This document shows positions 22,851 through 37,049 of a stretch of DNA of 64,000 nucleotides, piece after piece. Positions within the stretch are counted from its first letter, which is position 1. Each line of letters starts with the position of its first letter. The notes beneath the pieces were generated by a model. It saw only the letters and a program-made list of their open reading frames with translations, was not told the DNA's origin and ran no database searches. The position numbers and the translations under genes were made by a program. This stretch comes from Prorocentrum cordatum (Eukaryota): positions 1,054,001 through 1,118,000 of the forward strand of contig CAUYUJ010000002.1 of NCBI GenBank assembly GCA_963575745.1. Reading direction: 5' to 3'.

Positions 22851-25800
22851 CTAGAGGAGGGCAATTTGGGGCCTTCGAAAGGAGGAGGAAGAGGAGGAGG
22901 AGGAAAAGGAGGAGAAGGAGGAGGAGGAGGGGGAGGAGGAGGAGGAGGAGGAGGAGGAAAAGGGAGGAAGGCACTTGGGATGGAGGACAACTTGGGGCCG
23001 TCGGGCTGGGCTGGGTTGGCTTGGTGGGCGCTGACTCCCAGGGGGGGCGCTCGCCTGCACAGCCCTCGCTCCCCGCCCGCCTCGCTCCAAACCCGCAGCC
23101 GCCCGCCCGGCCGGCCGCCCTCAAGGTCTGAAAGGGGCCTGGGGACACACCGAGAGATAGACACACCGATCCCAAAAGGCCTTTTCTCGTCTTCCCCCCC
23201 TACTTCCCGCATTCTCCCGCGACGCTCTCCTGGGCGTCGGCGATCACCTGTGTCCGCGTGTGTTTTCTCCCCCCTCGGTACTTCGCCGCCGGGTTCCTGT
23301 ACAAGGCGTTCCGTTGCAAGCACATCGTCTTCGGCACCGCCTGATTCCGGGGCTTTGCCCCCTCCTGGCCTTGACGTGAGGCCCCTCCTTCTGCCCCCCC
23401 CCCTTGTTAATTAGAGCTGTGCGCGGCCCGCTTAGCTTCGACCGGAAGAGGTGCGCTCTCGACCCGCGAATCAAAAAGCTGTCTCCCCCCTCCTGGAGGT
23501 CCTGGTCCTCGTCCTCGCCTCAGGGGCCCGGGTCAGCGCAAGCCCAGGCTAGCGAGGGCCCTGTCGCGAAGCCAGGCCGGCCGCCGAGCGAGCTCGGCAG
23601 GCCCAGGCCGGCGGAGGGCGGAGACGGACTGGCCATCGCTCGGACTTCCACTCCCTGTGTTTTTTTCCGGTTTCGTGCGTGGTTTTTTCCGCGCATTTAT
23701 CAAGGACGCTCCTCGATGGTCCTCGCCGAAGGAACAATGCACACGTCCGAGCGATGCCAAGCGGAGGGACTCGGCCCCGCGCGGCCCCCGGACCCGGGTC
23801 AGCCGGAGGGGCTTGGCTGACCCTCGTTGGCGCTGACCCCCGCGGCGGCAGGTGCGTGCCGTGACGACCCCGGCGTCGGTTCCCGACGCCGCGTGCAACG
23901 GTCAGCCCGTCACGATCGGCGGCTTTCCGACCGCTAGGTCCTTCAGCATTGCCCGATTCTGGGCCACAGGCGGTGGTCAACCTGGCACGCCCACGGCGGG
24001 GTCGCCGCCGCGTCGGCACGACACGAACCTACCCCAGACGTCCGGCTGCTCAAATTTGTCCTATGCGTGGGCCCTGGAGGTCTGGACCACCGAGCTCGTT
24101 TCTCGTCCTGAGCCGTTCTTGACGGTCCCGAGGCCCCTGCGAGGGCCCCCAGAGGGTACAGGTCAAAGGTCAAGCCCGTGCGCCGGAAGGCGAGCCCATG
24201 AAGGGCACAGGCGGTGGCAGTCGGCAGCGTGCTATACACGCGCGCGGCACGATCCAGGGAGAACAGTACGTGCGTCTAATAAAAGGGGGAGGACTCATTC
24301 ACATGGCGTGTTCATTGAGAACGGCAGCAAAAATGATGAAAGTCCCGAGAGGATAAAAAACAACCTCGCCCGCTCCCGTTTTTTCCTGGGGCGTCGGACC
24401 TCCAGGACCGTGCGTTCGCCGTCGGCGCCGGCATCCTCCGCCGCACTCCGCGGGGCCCGCCGTCCGTTATTGAGCAGGGGCCGACCGTCCCGGCATTCCT
24501 ATAGGCCTACCACGAAATTGTCTCAGATCCCACACATGTTCTGATAACAGAAACACATGCTCTTAGAGCATAAGCCCGACGTGTTAAACCAAGACAGTCC
24601 CAGCCAGAAGTGTTCTGAGGACATGTCGTGGAAACCACAAAAGGTTCCGAGAACATTCTTCGGTAGGCCTATAGGCACGCCAGGACGCTTCGCCACTGCT
24701 TGACTTTCTCGTCCTCCACCTCCTCCTCCTCCTTTTCCTCCTCCTCCTCCTCCTCCTCCTCCTCCTCCTCCTCCTCCTCTCGAAGGCCCCAAGTTGCCCC
24801 TCCTCCTCCTCCTCCTCCTCCTCCTCCTCCTCCTCCTCCTCCTCCTCCTCCTCCTCCTCCTCCTCCTCCTCCTCCTCCTCCTCCCCCTCCCCCTCCCCCT
24901 CCCCCTCCCCCTCCCCCTCCAACTGATGGTGGCGGTGGTGGAACACGGGCCCCAGAAGCACCCTCCGCCGCACTCCGCGGGGCCCGCCGCCCTCTCTCTC
25001 GGGCGCGGGCGCGGGCGCGCAGGCCGCGCCTCCCGCGAGCGCGCCGGCGCGCGCTCCGCGCGCGGAGCCTTTGACCCCGCGCGGGCCCCGCGGGCAGCGC
25101 GCCGGGCCTTTGGCCCTGGCGCGCGCCGCCTGCTGTTTCGACGCTCTCCCAGAGATTTTTGGAGGCTTGGAAATGGACAACAACGCCAACATACGGCGTT
25201 GCCTCCACCAGGGGAAGATGATCCCAGATTTCGGCGTTGGATGTAAATGAGGGGCTCATAAATGGGTGGGCTGAATGGGGGGTCATATGGGGGGGGGCGG
25301 GGGGGCTTAATGGAGGATTCTTGGGCGTGGCTTCATGGGGGGGGTCATGTATGGGGGGGTCAGAAGCGGTTCCCGGTTGTGCCCCTTTCGGGCCCCTCCG
25401 GAGCCCCAGGGGGTACCGTCTGGGTACCATGTCAGGGTACCCTCGCCAGCACCCCATTTATGACCCCCCATTACGCACCGCCCAAGACTCGGATCGGCGG
25501 CGCGCCGGGGACGGGGGAGGGGGGAGGGCAGAGTGGGCCCGCCTTTCCAAAGGCGGCGGGGCTTCTCAGAAGCCCGCGGGCCTTCGGAGAAGCCCCCTGT
25601 GGCCTCGGAGAAGGCATGGAAAGCTGCCCAGAAGGCCAGAGGCCTTCCGAGCCCCCTTGAGAAGGCCCGCCCCCTCTGCCTTCCCCCCTCGGCGCGCCGC
25701 CGATAGGAGGCAAATCCAGGCAAGTCCTTGTGGGAACGATTAAAGGTTGTTGAAACCGATTAGGGTGCCAGTAGGCTGGATCAGTCCAGAACAAGCCCAA

Positions 25801-28329
25801 TATGAATCCCGACCAGGCCTCGGTAAGCGGGATTAGACCTACTACACCAGCGCCGATGCTGAAGAACCTCCCAGGAGCTGCATCTTCACCCGGGCCTCCA
25901 GAGACTCAAAAAACTAGAGTCCGAAGCTCTCCTGCATTCTCGGCCTCTGGAGGCCAGGTTCGGACCATGGTGATGTCAGGGACACAGCTCGAGACGGAAA
26001 CCGTTCCCAGGGAGCGGGTCGAGAGCTGTGGAGCCCCGAGGCTCGAAGATATCGAGTCGCTGGAGGTCCGGATTCTTCGCGACAGCGAGAATAGTGAGGG
26101 TGGCGGGTGGCAATACTCGCTGCTCCGCTGCCGCATCAGAGGGAGGGGCAGGCGAGAAGGGGGGCGGAGGACCAGGGAGGCGAGGAGGGGGGCGGAGGAG
26201 GGGGAGGCGAGGAGAGGGCAGGGCGAGGTGGCGAGCAGGGTGGAGGCGAGCGAGGCGGGAGAGGCGAGGAGGGGGAGGCGAGGAGGGAGGGGGAGGCGAG
26301 AATGGGGAGGGAAGGAGTGCGAGGACCAGCCCAGCGGAGAGAACAGCAGGGGGCGCGCCATCCTCGAGCGGGCACGCACCACATCGACACGTTCACACTT
26401 TCTGTGAAGACGTCTGCAGACTCGGGGATGGACTGAACCCCCTTAAGTAAAACGTGGCTTAATCAAAACGACCTAGCGCCCAAACCTGGCGGGCGCAAGC
26501 CTGAAAACTGACGGCCGCGGCGCCCCTCTCGAGAAGCGAAAACGGATAATTCGCTAATCGACGTGTCAGGGTGGGAGTTTCTGTCCACCCCCGACAGACC
26601 AACGCACCCTCACGAGGAGTCTTAGCAGCACGCCTCTCACCATCTCTCGTATGAGGGAGCAGGGGGTCTGCGGACCCCGTTCGCCTCCGGAGATCCGAGA
26701 TAGGGGGCACAGTCTCCTCGGGCGGGCAAGTGCGAAACGCATGTTTTCTTTCCCAGGTTGGGGCGCGATCCCGTCGGCCTTTTTCGAGGATACCAACTGA
26801 ATTATTCGACGCGCATGCCCCCATCTGTGCATCTCACTTCCTGGCGCTTCCGCACCTTGAGTGTCAGGGTGAAAACCTTCGCCTGTGGCGACTGGGCGAT
26901 CCCTGGAGGTCTCCCCTCTGGGGTGCCCAAAATGATATGCCTGCTGCATCGGGATGTTCTCAGGGCTCTTGAAGGAGCGGGGTCGGGAGGAGGAGGAGGA
27001 GGAGGTGGAGGAGGAGGTGGAGGAGGAGGAGGAGGAGGAGGTGCCCAAGCCAGCGTTTCGTCTTAGGCGCTCGAAGCATCCCCACGATCTGCTCTCAACG
27101 CAGGAGTCCCAGCAACGGAGCGGGCGGCACGCTCGGGACAGCCCCACAACCCAGCCGCTAGCGGGCCCGTGACCCACCTGGCGGCTCCCCATTCGGTAGG
27201 ACGCGGCTGCTTGACGCCGGGACTAGCGCTGAGAATCAAGGGCTCCCAACTTCGCGCTTCGCGCTGCGCGAAGCGCGACGTGCGAATAACTTCGCGCTCC
27301 CGCGCCGCCTCCTAAGGGAGAAGAGGAGGACGAAGAGGAATCGGAGCCGAACCGCAAAGCGCGAAAAACTTCGCACCCTCGAGGGCGCCCCTGAAAAATA
27401 ATCGAAATCTGGGCCCTACTATCGCCGACGCGCACGCACTAAGCTGCGCTGAATTCGAGCGTCTTCCCCGCAAAACCGGCGTCGGCCCACGCCCACAACA
27501 CAAAGAGGTCTTCGGACCCGACCTCATCGATGGCCTTGCCGTCACCCGTGTGCTGGTCTTGGACACTGCTGTCCTTTCCCTTCCATCGCAGGAGGTAAAG
27601 GAGAGATGGGGGAGGAGGGAGGAACAGGTGGAAGAGAAAAGAGGAGGGAGGAGGACCGAGTCGACGAAAAAGGGGGAAGTGTGAGGACGTCTACGAGAAG
27701 GACTGAGGTGGAGGAGGATGATGAGGAAGTGGAGGAGACTGAGGAGGAGACGGATGAAAGAGGATGAGGATGAGGAGGAAAAACCCGAATCAACCCAGGA
27801 TGCATCAACGATCCCGCAATACTTACACCCTCACGGCGCAAACAAATAGGATATCATAACTCAAGGAATCGTCCTTCAACACGCCATTCGAAAAATGATC
27901 CGCCATCCGTCCGTGTAGTTGTTGTACAATTTCAATACTGGACATGTTGGCATGACATGTGTGGAAGTCTCAAATGGCAACCCGGAGTTGAATGATCTCC
28001 CTTCCGTGCGTGTTAAATTTATTATACAATTGGGAACCCCTAGCCATCCAAATCCCGGAAACCTCCAACGGTAACCTTATTGTGAAAACGGGTCCGCTTC
28101 TGTCCATACTTGTTGCGATAACGTGAGGAGGATGTGCACGGCACTGCGGCTAGATGCTCATTTTTTAACGACCATCCCTTCATCCTTGCAGCGGCTGCAT
28201 TCTTCAAAACACGAATGCGTGCGACGTTAAGACGCACACCCCAAATTGAAGGCTATACGACACGGAGGATCAAGCATAAGAAAGAGGGATGAAGGAGGAG
28301 GAGGAGGAGGACTGTTTCGTCACAGTTGA

Positions 28330-29950
28330 TCGAACCAGTTCCAAGTTGGCCGCACAGCGGCCCAGAAGACTGGGAGACGGAGAGAAGCAGGAGGCCACAG
28401 CTCACACCTCCCAGAGGGAAGGAGGGCCTTGGCCAGCCGCCTCTCAACACGCCTCAATCTGATCCCGAATCGTGGCCATCCTTGACCGCGCCTGCGACCA
28501 GAGGAACGTTATCCTCCTCTTCCTGCAGGTTGTCCACCACACGCCGGAGCATGGACCTGGGATCAGCTGGAGCAGAGGATGTCGCCGCATGGGGTGTGTC
28601 CACGCTCTCAAACATGAAGCGGGGAGCTTCTCCATCTGCTTCGAACGTGTCACCGAATGGCTCAGGATCAGGCCTGGACGGCCTCGCCTCGGCCCAAGAC
28701 CGACTTGGCACTCCCCCACCCACTCCCCGCTCCACCGCGCCCGCTATCTTCTCGGCAACACGCGCACGCAGAGCAGCTGGCCTATCAAGGTAGCTGGCAT
28801 GAGCTGGAACCCGCACAGGCCGAACTGCCTGCTCGTACGAATTAGCCTCTTCGAGGGTGAGTGGAGCCTCTTGCTCCGCACAAGTGACCGCCAGCTCTTT
28901 CTTAGGGTGCAAACCTCTTCGCAACTTTCTGAGAGCCGTAATGCCAGCGTTGCTCCTTTCCTCGTCCGTGCGAGGCTGCTCACAACGCTTGACTAACTTA
29001 AAAATCCCGTGTTGGGCGAAGTATCCGCACAGCATACAGAAGACAAGTGGCTTAGACTGGTTAGCCAGTGGGTTGGAGGCCAACTGGTGGCCGTGTCGAG
29101 GGGAAGTGGTCAAGAGCTCCTTCACCCTCGCGAGGAACCCAAGAAGAACAAACAAAACAAACACGACTCGGGTCTCGCTTCCCTCGTTCCACCATGAAAC
29201 TTCAAACAGCTACTGCACCTGGAGCCCCACACCCAAGGCTCCCAATAATGCCAGCCATCGTTTTTTTTAATCAAAAAGTTTGACAGGGCGCTCTTGCTTA
29301 GGCGGACGCTGATGCTAGACCCTTGGAAAATGTGGGAGGATCCCCGCAGCGAGACGCGCCACCGTTTGAAGATGCTAAATCGAGCTACTGACCGCATCGG
29401 ACTCGGCGCCCGACGGTTGAGGATGCAAACGGATTGCTGCCTTGGCTTCCTGATCCACCCGCCAATTAGCCTGGCCAATCCACCTCTCAGGGGCAGGGAG
29501 CGCATCTATTACACTTAGCTCTCTGTGCGCTGCGGTGAAAACAGCTGGGGCATACGTATTATTAACCATGTGCTGCAGCGCTCCTCTGCGAAGGCCCGAG
29601 TACTTGTGTTTGTGACTGAGCTGTTGAGGTATACTGTTGTGTAATCGTACATGATTCATACAATCGCTATAGCACGCAACACCATACCGCGGCACGAAAA
29701 CGGGCAAGAGGCTAAGTTGCAACTGCTCGGCTGCCTGGCTTGTCTGCGGAAGTGAAGGCCAGACTGTGCCCTTAGCCGTCGCCACCTGCTGCCCTTCGGG
29801 GCCCATGAATACCCACGAATACGCTGCCCTGGAGAGCTCTTTGATGACATGGGGAACGCAGGACCCGTCTCCAGAGACACTCAAACCGGTGGTGTCAAAA
29901 TCGTTCCAAGCTAAGGGCGACAGCAGCACTAAACTCCGCCACTCTTTCAC
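28330..29950 (-). mobile_element. 5'-truncated non-LTR (LINE) retrotransposon: RNase H and C-terminal Cys/His region
   Basis: GDGSC...QTSQAAE...YSDC...AAH...ANWRVDQEAK gives the RNase H D-E-D-H-D layout. It is followed by HGHQL...VFCMLCGYFA...LVKRC, and a (TCC)n tail lies near 28290-28310. Confidence 0.75.
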
Positions 29951-32250
29951 AGCGACAGGGGGTGGGGGGAGATGAGGGAGGAGGACTAAGAAGGGGGGGG
30001 GTGGAGGAGGGATGGCTGAGGACCAGGACTGAGGAGTTCCGAAGAGCCCACTATCAAGAGGGATGAGGAAGGAATGGAGACGGATAGGGGGAGGACCAAG
30101 AATGAATGGAGGAGGGAGGCATGGAGGCCATTCTGAGGAAGAGGGATGAGGGAGGATGACCTAGGAGGAGGAGGAGGAGAACCGAGGAGGAGGAGGAGGA
30201 TGACCGAGGAAGAGGAGGAGGAGGAGGAGGAGGAGGAGGAGAAGGGCGGAGGAGGAGGAGGAGGAGGGCGGAGGAGGAGGAAGGCGGAAGGAGGGAGGGC
30301 AGGGGAGGAGGCCTCGTCAGGGCGAGCTCGCGGCAGCCACCCTGGGGGGCACCACCAGCACCGTGTCGCCGTCCTCTCGGCGCCCGGGCGAACAGGGGGA
30401 ACGCGCGGCACAAAAGGAGAGGCCTTGTCGCCTTCATGGTGGGAGGGGGCGGAGAACGTGTGGTGAGGGGGAGTGAGGGGGGAAGGGGGAGGAAGAGGAG
30501 GGAAAGGAGGAGGGATGGGACGGGGGCAGGAAGGGGAGGGGGGGAGGGGAAAGAGGCGCGTGGCGGCAGGGGGAGAGGAGACGGGAGGGGGGGCTTGGGC
30601 GCCAATGTTCTGCGATGCTGCCTCAGCTTGCTGTGTTTCCAGAGGGCAGCTGCTCGAAAGTAGGGGTAAGGGCAGGAGGGCCAGGAGTGGACGGAGAGAG
30701 GGAAGGGTCGGGGTGTGAAGGAACGGATTTTGAAATTTCCGGTCGGTCGCGTTGGATCATGAGGGAAGGGGATCGAATAACAAGGAACGAGAAGGGGAGA
30801 CGAGACCCATCTTACTTGGACGTGGGTTAGCGTCAAGCCCTGACTCCGTAGAACTCCCACGTGAGGTCACCCTCCCCCCAACGCCCCCATGCCCCCAGCC
30901 ACGTACACACCCCACCTACCACCCCCGACCACCCAATACCACCCCCCAGAAATCAACCTCTGCCAGGCCCTCGACGGCCTTCCCGTTACACCTCGAATAC
31001 TCCCAAATTCCGAGTGGCCTCGGAGGGATGCGTGAAGCGCAAACACGTCGTTCTCTCAACGGCTCTGTTGCCAACAGCATAAGTGGCATGTTACCTGTTT
31101 GTTGTGTATGTGTGTGTATGTACATGTGCGCGTGTGTGCGCGTGTGTGTGTGTTGCATGGGGACATATACGTGTACGCCGACGTGGGCGCATGCCATAGT
31201 GTTCACTCTTCACCTACCTTGGCTTCGCATGGCTCTCGAATAGAAGTGGAAATTCACTGGATGCAGTCACTGCTCGGCATCGCTGCTCGCAAAAGATAGG
31301 CCATCGAAGACGCCAATTTCTGCCCCGCTGCAGCGTGCCACCGCGCCCCCTGGCACGCTGGGGCGTGCTAGAATGCCAAGTGCTGCCGGGTAGGATTTCT
31401 ATAATTTTCTGAAGCCCTCCCTTCGGGTCGCGGCCAGAGGCATGCACCGTCACCGCCTCCCGATGCCACAATACCTCCCCAAATGCAAAGGTTCGCGCTC
31501 CCGAGGCCCAGATGCCTCCAGGTAGGTCCAATATCGCTCCAAAAGCGGCAACTTTGGCCTTAGGGCGGCCCAATATGGCTTCAAGACGGCCCAAGAGGCC
31601 GTCGAGGCGTCCCAAGAGAGCCCCAAAAGACGCCCCAAGAGGCCTCACACGTTTCGTGGCCCCACAAAGGGGCTCCACCGACAGCCCCAGAGGCGCCGTT
31701 CACATATGGGCGTCACGCCCGTTCCGGCACACCCCGCACACGTCCCGTAGCCTCAAAGGGAAACTCTACCGAAGGCCCCATATGCACCGTCCACATGTGG
31801 GCGTCACGCCTCCGTTCTGCACACCCCGCACGTGCTTCGTGGCCCCATCGGAAGGTCCACCGAAAGCAACCAGAGGCACCGTCCACATGTGGGCGTCACG
31901 CCCGTCCCGGCACACCCCTCACACGTCCCGTAGCCCCAGAGGGAAGCCTTACCGAAGGCCCCATATGCACCGTCCACGTGCGGGCGTCACGCCCCTGTCG
32001 ACGCACCCCCACAAATTTCGTGGCCCCGTACGAAGCTCCACCGAAGGAACCGTCCACATGTGGGCGTCACGCCCCTGTCGGCGCACCCCGCACAAATTTC
32101 GTGGCCCCATAGGGAGCTCCACCCAAGGCCGGAGCGACAGGAACCACATGCGTCCCCAGGCCCATTCTGGCACACCCTTCGTACGTTTCGTGGGCGAAAA
32201 CATCTCTCACTCCTTCGTCCCCTGCTGCGCGGTACTCATGGGGAAGTTTT

Positions 32251-32518
32251 TGAAGGGGGCCGGTAGGCCCGACCAGAAGCTACGCCTTAGGCGTAGCAGA
32301 GCTACAGCTTTGTTGTACCGTAGTAACGATAGTCCCAGTAGTAGGGGATCGTCGCGGGATCGACGAGCCATCTCAAGCAAATGATGCTGTGGCTTCGGAG
32401 GCAGATGGTCCACCTCGCACTGAAGTGTAATCAGATCTGGGCGGCCGGCCGCTTGAGCACAAACGGCCGCGCACACACGCTCGTTACCTCTCGCCTGTAT
32501 CCCAGCTCACTTCAGAGT
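32251..32518 (-). repeat. 3' LTR (portion shared with the 5' LTR; may extend to about 32665)
   Basis: About 270-bp direct repeat of 58190-58457, visibly diverged (roughly 80% by eye); ends ...CCCCTTCA on the minus strand. Confidence 0.85.
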
Positions 32519-32675
32519 CGAGGGGGGGAGGGAGACGAAGCGTGAGTCCGCCGTTTCTATACAGTTGGTACAGCAGCTACTATGTTCAAAAGGCAGCAAA
32601 AAGGCGGGGCCGTAAGGAAGGCGGACCCGCATGCAAGTTGCCTCGCCTGCACGTTATTGTGCATACGATTACTCC

Positions 32676-33310
32676 TCAGGCGGCCTCAGACCAAAATGTC
32701 TGGCCAGCCCGATAAGGAGTATGACGCTTGAAGTCATGCTTGAAGTATTGCGTACCTCCCATGACCTGTAGGAACATATTGCTGTCGACGCCCCCCTTTG
32801 CGTGGCCATCCGCGGTCATGTCGCGAGCGTCACACCACTGAATACTATGCACGATTCCTCGCTCCATCATCTGTCGTATCCGACTGATGTGTCCTGAAAG
32901 GGCACACTCAGTCGGCTCTTTTTCAAGTCTTTGCTTGACAAGGACCTAAAAACAGACTCAGCATCTATGGCCAATGTGACCTTGACGCTCAGGCCACCCA
33001 ACTCAAGTACGTCTTTCAACTGAGTGGGAATCAGCGGCCCTGCAAGGAGCTCGTGCGGAGTCACGATCGTGGGATAGTAGTCCTCCAAGTTGCGGGCTGC
33101 TGCTAGTGTCTCTGCTGGACAGCTTGAGCGGACCTGCAAGCGGTGAGACTTGCAGTGCGCATCGATCAAGTGGACGACAGGCCTGCCGGATGGCGTGTTT
33201 CCACGCCGTAGCAGGTTTGCCCCGCGAAAACCATAGCCTTTCACATCGTCACCGGCATCTCCAGTCAGGCGTCGTTATAACCTGAGTCGCTGTGCAGGTC
33301 AACGTCGCCC
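32676..33310 (-). pseudogene. Copia RNase H (frameshifted)
   Basis: DLHSDSGY, AETLAA, LAIDAESVF, WCDARDMTADGHAKG. Confidence 0.8.
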
Positions 33311-34400
33311 GCTGGAATCATCGCTTGGTAGACGATATTATTAGGGCAGGCCTGCAATTTCCCGGTCATCGCGTTCAGTCGTCGCACTTGTATACTGGTC
33401 GAGTCTTGGACACGTTGTAGAGAGACCACATATACCATCACCCACACATGGGTGATTAATGCGTGAGCCAATGCTCCTCTGAGGCTGACGACCATGTCTG
33501 CGACCATCCTTGATGCCGTGGCGCAAGCGTCGGCGCCGGTGGGTTCATGATGCTGCATAGGACGGAGCTGTTTGATGTATTCATCTTGGTCCAATGTGAC
33601 ATTGCCGTCCTCATCCATGGTATACCTCGCAGCACACTTGGTATATGTATGCTTGTTGAGTCTACACTGACCAAACATGTCCTCTGCGCACTTGGCGCAC
33701 TTGTCAGGTGGTGCCCTCAGTGCCGGCCATATTGATATCATCAACATGTTTGGCTGTGCAAGTTACTGCTCGTCTCGATTCTCTCGTCGTAGGACGCGGG
33801 TCTGAGACCGAAGCCCCCCGGGGCCCTTCTGAGCTTTAGTGGGAAACATCTGGGTGCATCCTTGGTGCCGGTGCCTGGCTCAAGGCGCTGCAAGCGGCGC
33901 TTCGACTCGTCGTTGCGTCCGAATCCTGGGAGGGGCCGAAGCGCCGTGGCCAGTCCAGGCGGCAAAGTAAAGCGCGCGACGCGTTCTTCCTCACCAGTTG
34001 CCTCAGCAAGTTCCTGGTGGGTCAACCCTTTCAGGAAGGCCGTGTTGATGTCGAGGGGGGCAATGGCCCATTGCCTCTTGCACGCTGCCGCGCTTGCGAG
34101 TAACTTCTGGCTTGGCCGCCGCGCCGCCCCTGAGGGCGCTTCGAAAACTTCAAGGTCCATAAAACCTAAGCACCGGGCGCATATCTGATGGTACGTTCCA
34201 TGTCGCATTTCTCGTTCTTCACGAACTTCTATTTATGCACGTGCCTCGATGTCATGATGTTTGGTTTTATATAAAAATATATCGATATATTGCATCTTGA
34301 AACACTTGTCAAACCATGTCTTGAGTTCGGTGTATAGGGCCTTTGATACTTTCTCGGGGTTCGCCTGGACGTCGACCTGCGCGAAGAAGTCGCCTTCGTT
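33311..34400 (-). pseudogene. Copia reverse transcriptase (frameshifted)
   Basis: ELKTWFD, GFMDLE, LDINTAFLKG, GTKDAPR, and KHVDDI at about 33730-33752 (YVDD equivalent). Confidence 0.85.
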
Positions 34401-35399
34401 GACAACAGCAGCTCGCTTTGCAGCGGAGGTAACATATACTCCCAAGGTGGTTGCGCGGCTGGCATCGAATATCCTGCGCTGTTGTTCAGATACGATTACC
34501 TTTGACATTTCTGCCGTGGAGCGGAGTTCTACATATTGACAGTTTTCGTCTGAGTCCACTCCGTAACTGTGGTCTTCGACCGTCGAGCACAGTGGTACAT
34601 GATACGCCTCCTCGATGTCGGAGTCGCGCGGGTGCCCCACCTTCGGCAAGTGCCCCCGCTGTTCTTCAGATACTGTGGCCGACGCACTGTTGTCGGGAAT
34701 CACATGTGCGGGTACAGTGTAAAGGTCGCCCAGTGGAGTTGCCTCCCGCAGCTCCCTTTCATCGCGTAGTTCTGTATACCGCACTTCCATAATATGTTCC
34801 TCAAGGTCCGCTTCCGATTCTTCATATATCGTAGGAAGCCGTCCACCCTCCTGCGGTGGTTCGGCTTCTGGGGCTTCTCCGGCGGTTTCGTCGTGCGTCG
34901 GTCTTTCCGCCAGTTCCTCGAACTTTGTCATGTCTGGGTCAGAGCCCGCTTGAGGTTTAGTGGACTTTAGGCCCTGGATGATTCTCGAATGTTCTGAGCC
35001 AGTTATATCATGAATATTGAGGACAGTGCCTTCTGCTTTGTAGTAGTGGAATCCTGGATTCACATCGTTGTCATAATGGGCCAATGTGCCGCTGTCAGCG
35101 TAAGCCACCGGAGGTAGCTCGTGGATACCCGTGGCCAACCTAACATAGACTACGTTCTCACTGCAGAAGAAGTTTCTGATAAGGTATTGTAACGCCAGAT
35201 GTTCTTTAGGATATAGTTCGCTTGCGCTTGTCATCTGATGCGTCCCCCTTGTGGCCGGGACATAGTCAAGTGTCATCGCAGGTCTCCCCGCAGGTAGACT
35301 GGCTACGAATGTCAGTGCTGTCCGTAGTGCAGTGTTGTCGGAGCCGATTTCCCTGGTTATCAAAACTTCGATGTAAAGTGAATGTCGTGCGTCGCCATA

Positions 35400-36338
35400 T
35401 TGTACTTGGTCATCGCGGTTTCCCGCTCGAAGATGACTTGACCCCTGCCGGGATCATGTCTTACGACAGGGAACGGGCCACTCCTGCCTGTCCTTCGTAG
35501 TTGCGCGGCGATGATAGTCGACCAAATCTCCTTCGTCGTAGTAATGCTGACCGGTGATAGTTGTCTTAGTGCGCAATGCACGATGGGTCTTAGCCACTGC
35601 AGTGGCCCGTGTGATAGCTTCAATGCATACCTTACGGATCACCTGTTCTTGAGGATGATCCTACGTTTCCGTCGGCCGTTCGTGATCCAGAACAGGCAAG
35701 TCAGGAAGCATTGCTGGTTGCCGCCCAAACAAAGCGCTGCATGGAGACACCTCGTTATAAAGAATACATTCGTTGGCGGCAAGCAGGGCGTCATGCAGTA
35801 GTCGCGTGAACACAAGAGTCATGTCTAACCTTTTGAGTTCAGCTTCCATAGCGTGGAGTAGGTGGCGCAATATGCCATTTCTGGCATCGATCGTCACTGT
35901 TAAGGCCCCCCCCCATCGGAGTAGAGTGCCTTGGCAGGTCCGAATTTCATCCAGCACTGATGATAATACTGGTCCTTGTCTGACCCGGTATGGTATCTCC
36001 ATTCCAATAGCATAGCGAATACAACGATCGATGATGTGCAACTTATTTTGTTCTTGTTTGTAGAACGTGCGGTCGCATTCGGCTTCTTCGTTGAACTTGC
36101 CAGGTAGCGCAGTGGATGGCATGGCGGCATGCCCAGGCCTGTCCCAAGGCATGCGCTCCCGACATGAAACGCAGACACCTTTGATCAGGTTGAGCGTGAC
36201 GTTGTTCAGACCTGCCTTGGTTAAGCTGGGCCTCATCTTGGATTCTGCAGCACAAAACCAGCGCACGTGTAGCTTCCGCAGCTCGCGTGCTACCACGCTT
36301 GGGTCAAGGCTTCGTGCGTCTTGTAGCTTGATTTGCAC
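35400..36338 (-). pseudogene. Copia integrase (decayed)
   Basis: LRKLHVRW...CVSC zinc-finger remnant, FNEEAECD, HIIDRCIRY, FGPAKALYSDGGG, SPCSALFGRQP. Confidence 0.8.
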
Positions 36339-37049
36339 ATCGAATCTTGAGACTGGAAGTCTTGGGCGTGCAGCAGGGTTACCCGCAGGTGGCGGTGGAG
36401 GCGGATCTCCTCCCTGCTGTCGGCCGCGTCTGGCACTGATCTGCGGTAGTCAGGTGCGGTCATCCGAACCACCCGCTCCGCTCGAGGCAGGTTGCCCCGC
36501 GGCAGGTTCAGCAGCGTGTCTGCCTGCTGTAAAGTCGTGGCTGCTGGCGGCAGCTGTGGGACTGGCCCTAGAGCGGGGTCTTGGTGCTCGTAGCCGCATA
36601 AGTGGTAGTGCGTATTGCGTCTCGGGTGAATGAGCTGCCAGTTCGGCAGGCGCTTGATGTACCTGTCCGTGGTCGTCGGGCAAGTTTCAGGGTTTGGCAA
36701 ACTTGCATGTGCCAGGTGCCCGTAAATGGCAAGGCTTGTTCTGGCCGTAGTTCTTCGTGCAGCTCGGACATTCCCAATGGTGGCCCCCCTTATCATATCG
36801 CCTGCAATGTTGAGGGTTTCTGTCATGTGAAGGAGAGTGCATGTTAACATTATCTGCACATGCAAGACATCCTAACCCTCCCGAGGGTGGTCTCGTGATC
36901 GGCCCGTCGGGCTATAGAGGGATACTTGGGTCGTCAAAATCAAATCCCCTCGCGTTGGTGGTGACGAGTGCAGTGCGAGAGCAAGGGTGACCATGAAAGG
37001 GATCGCGGCTCACTTGGAATACATCGCGCGCGATCTGAACTGCATCGAC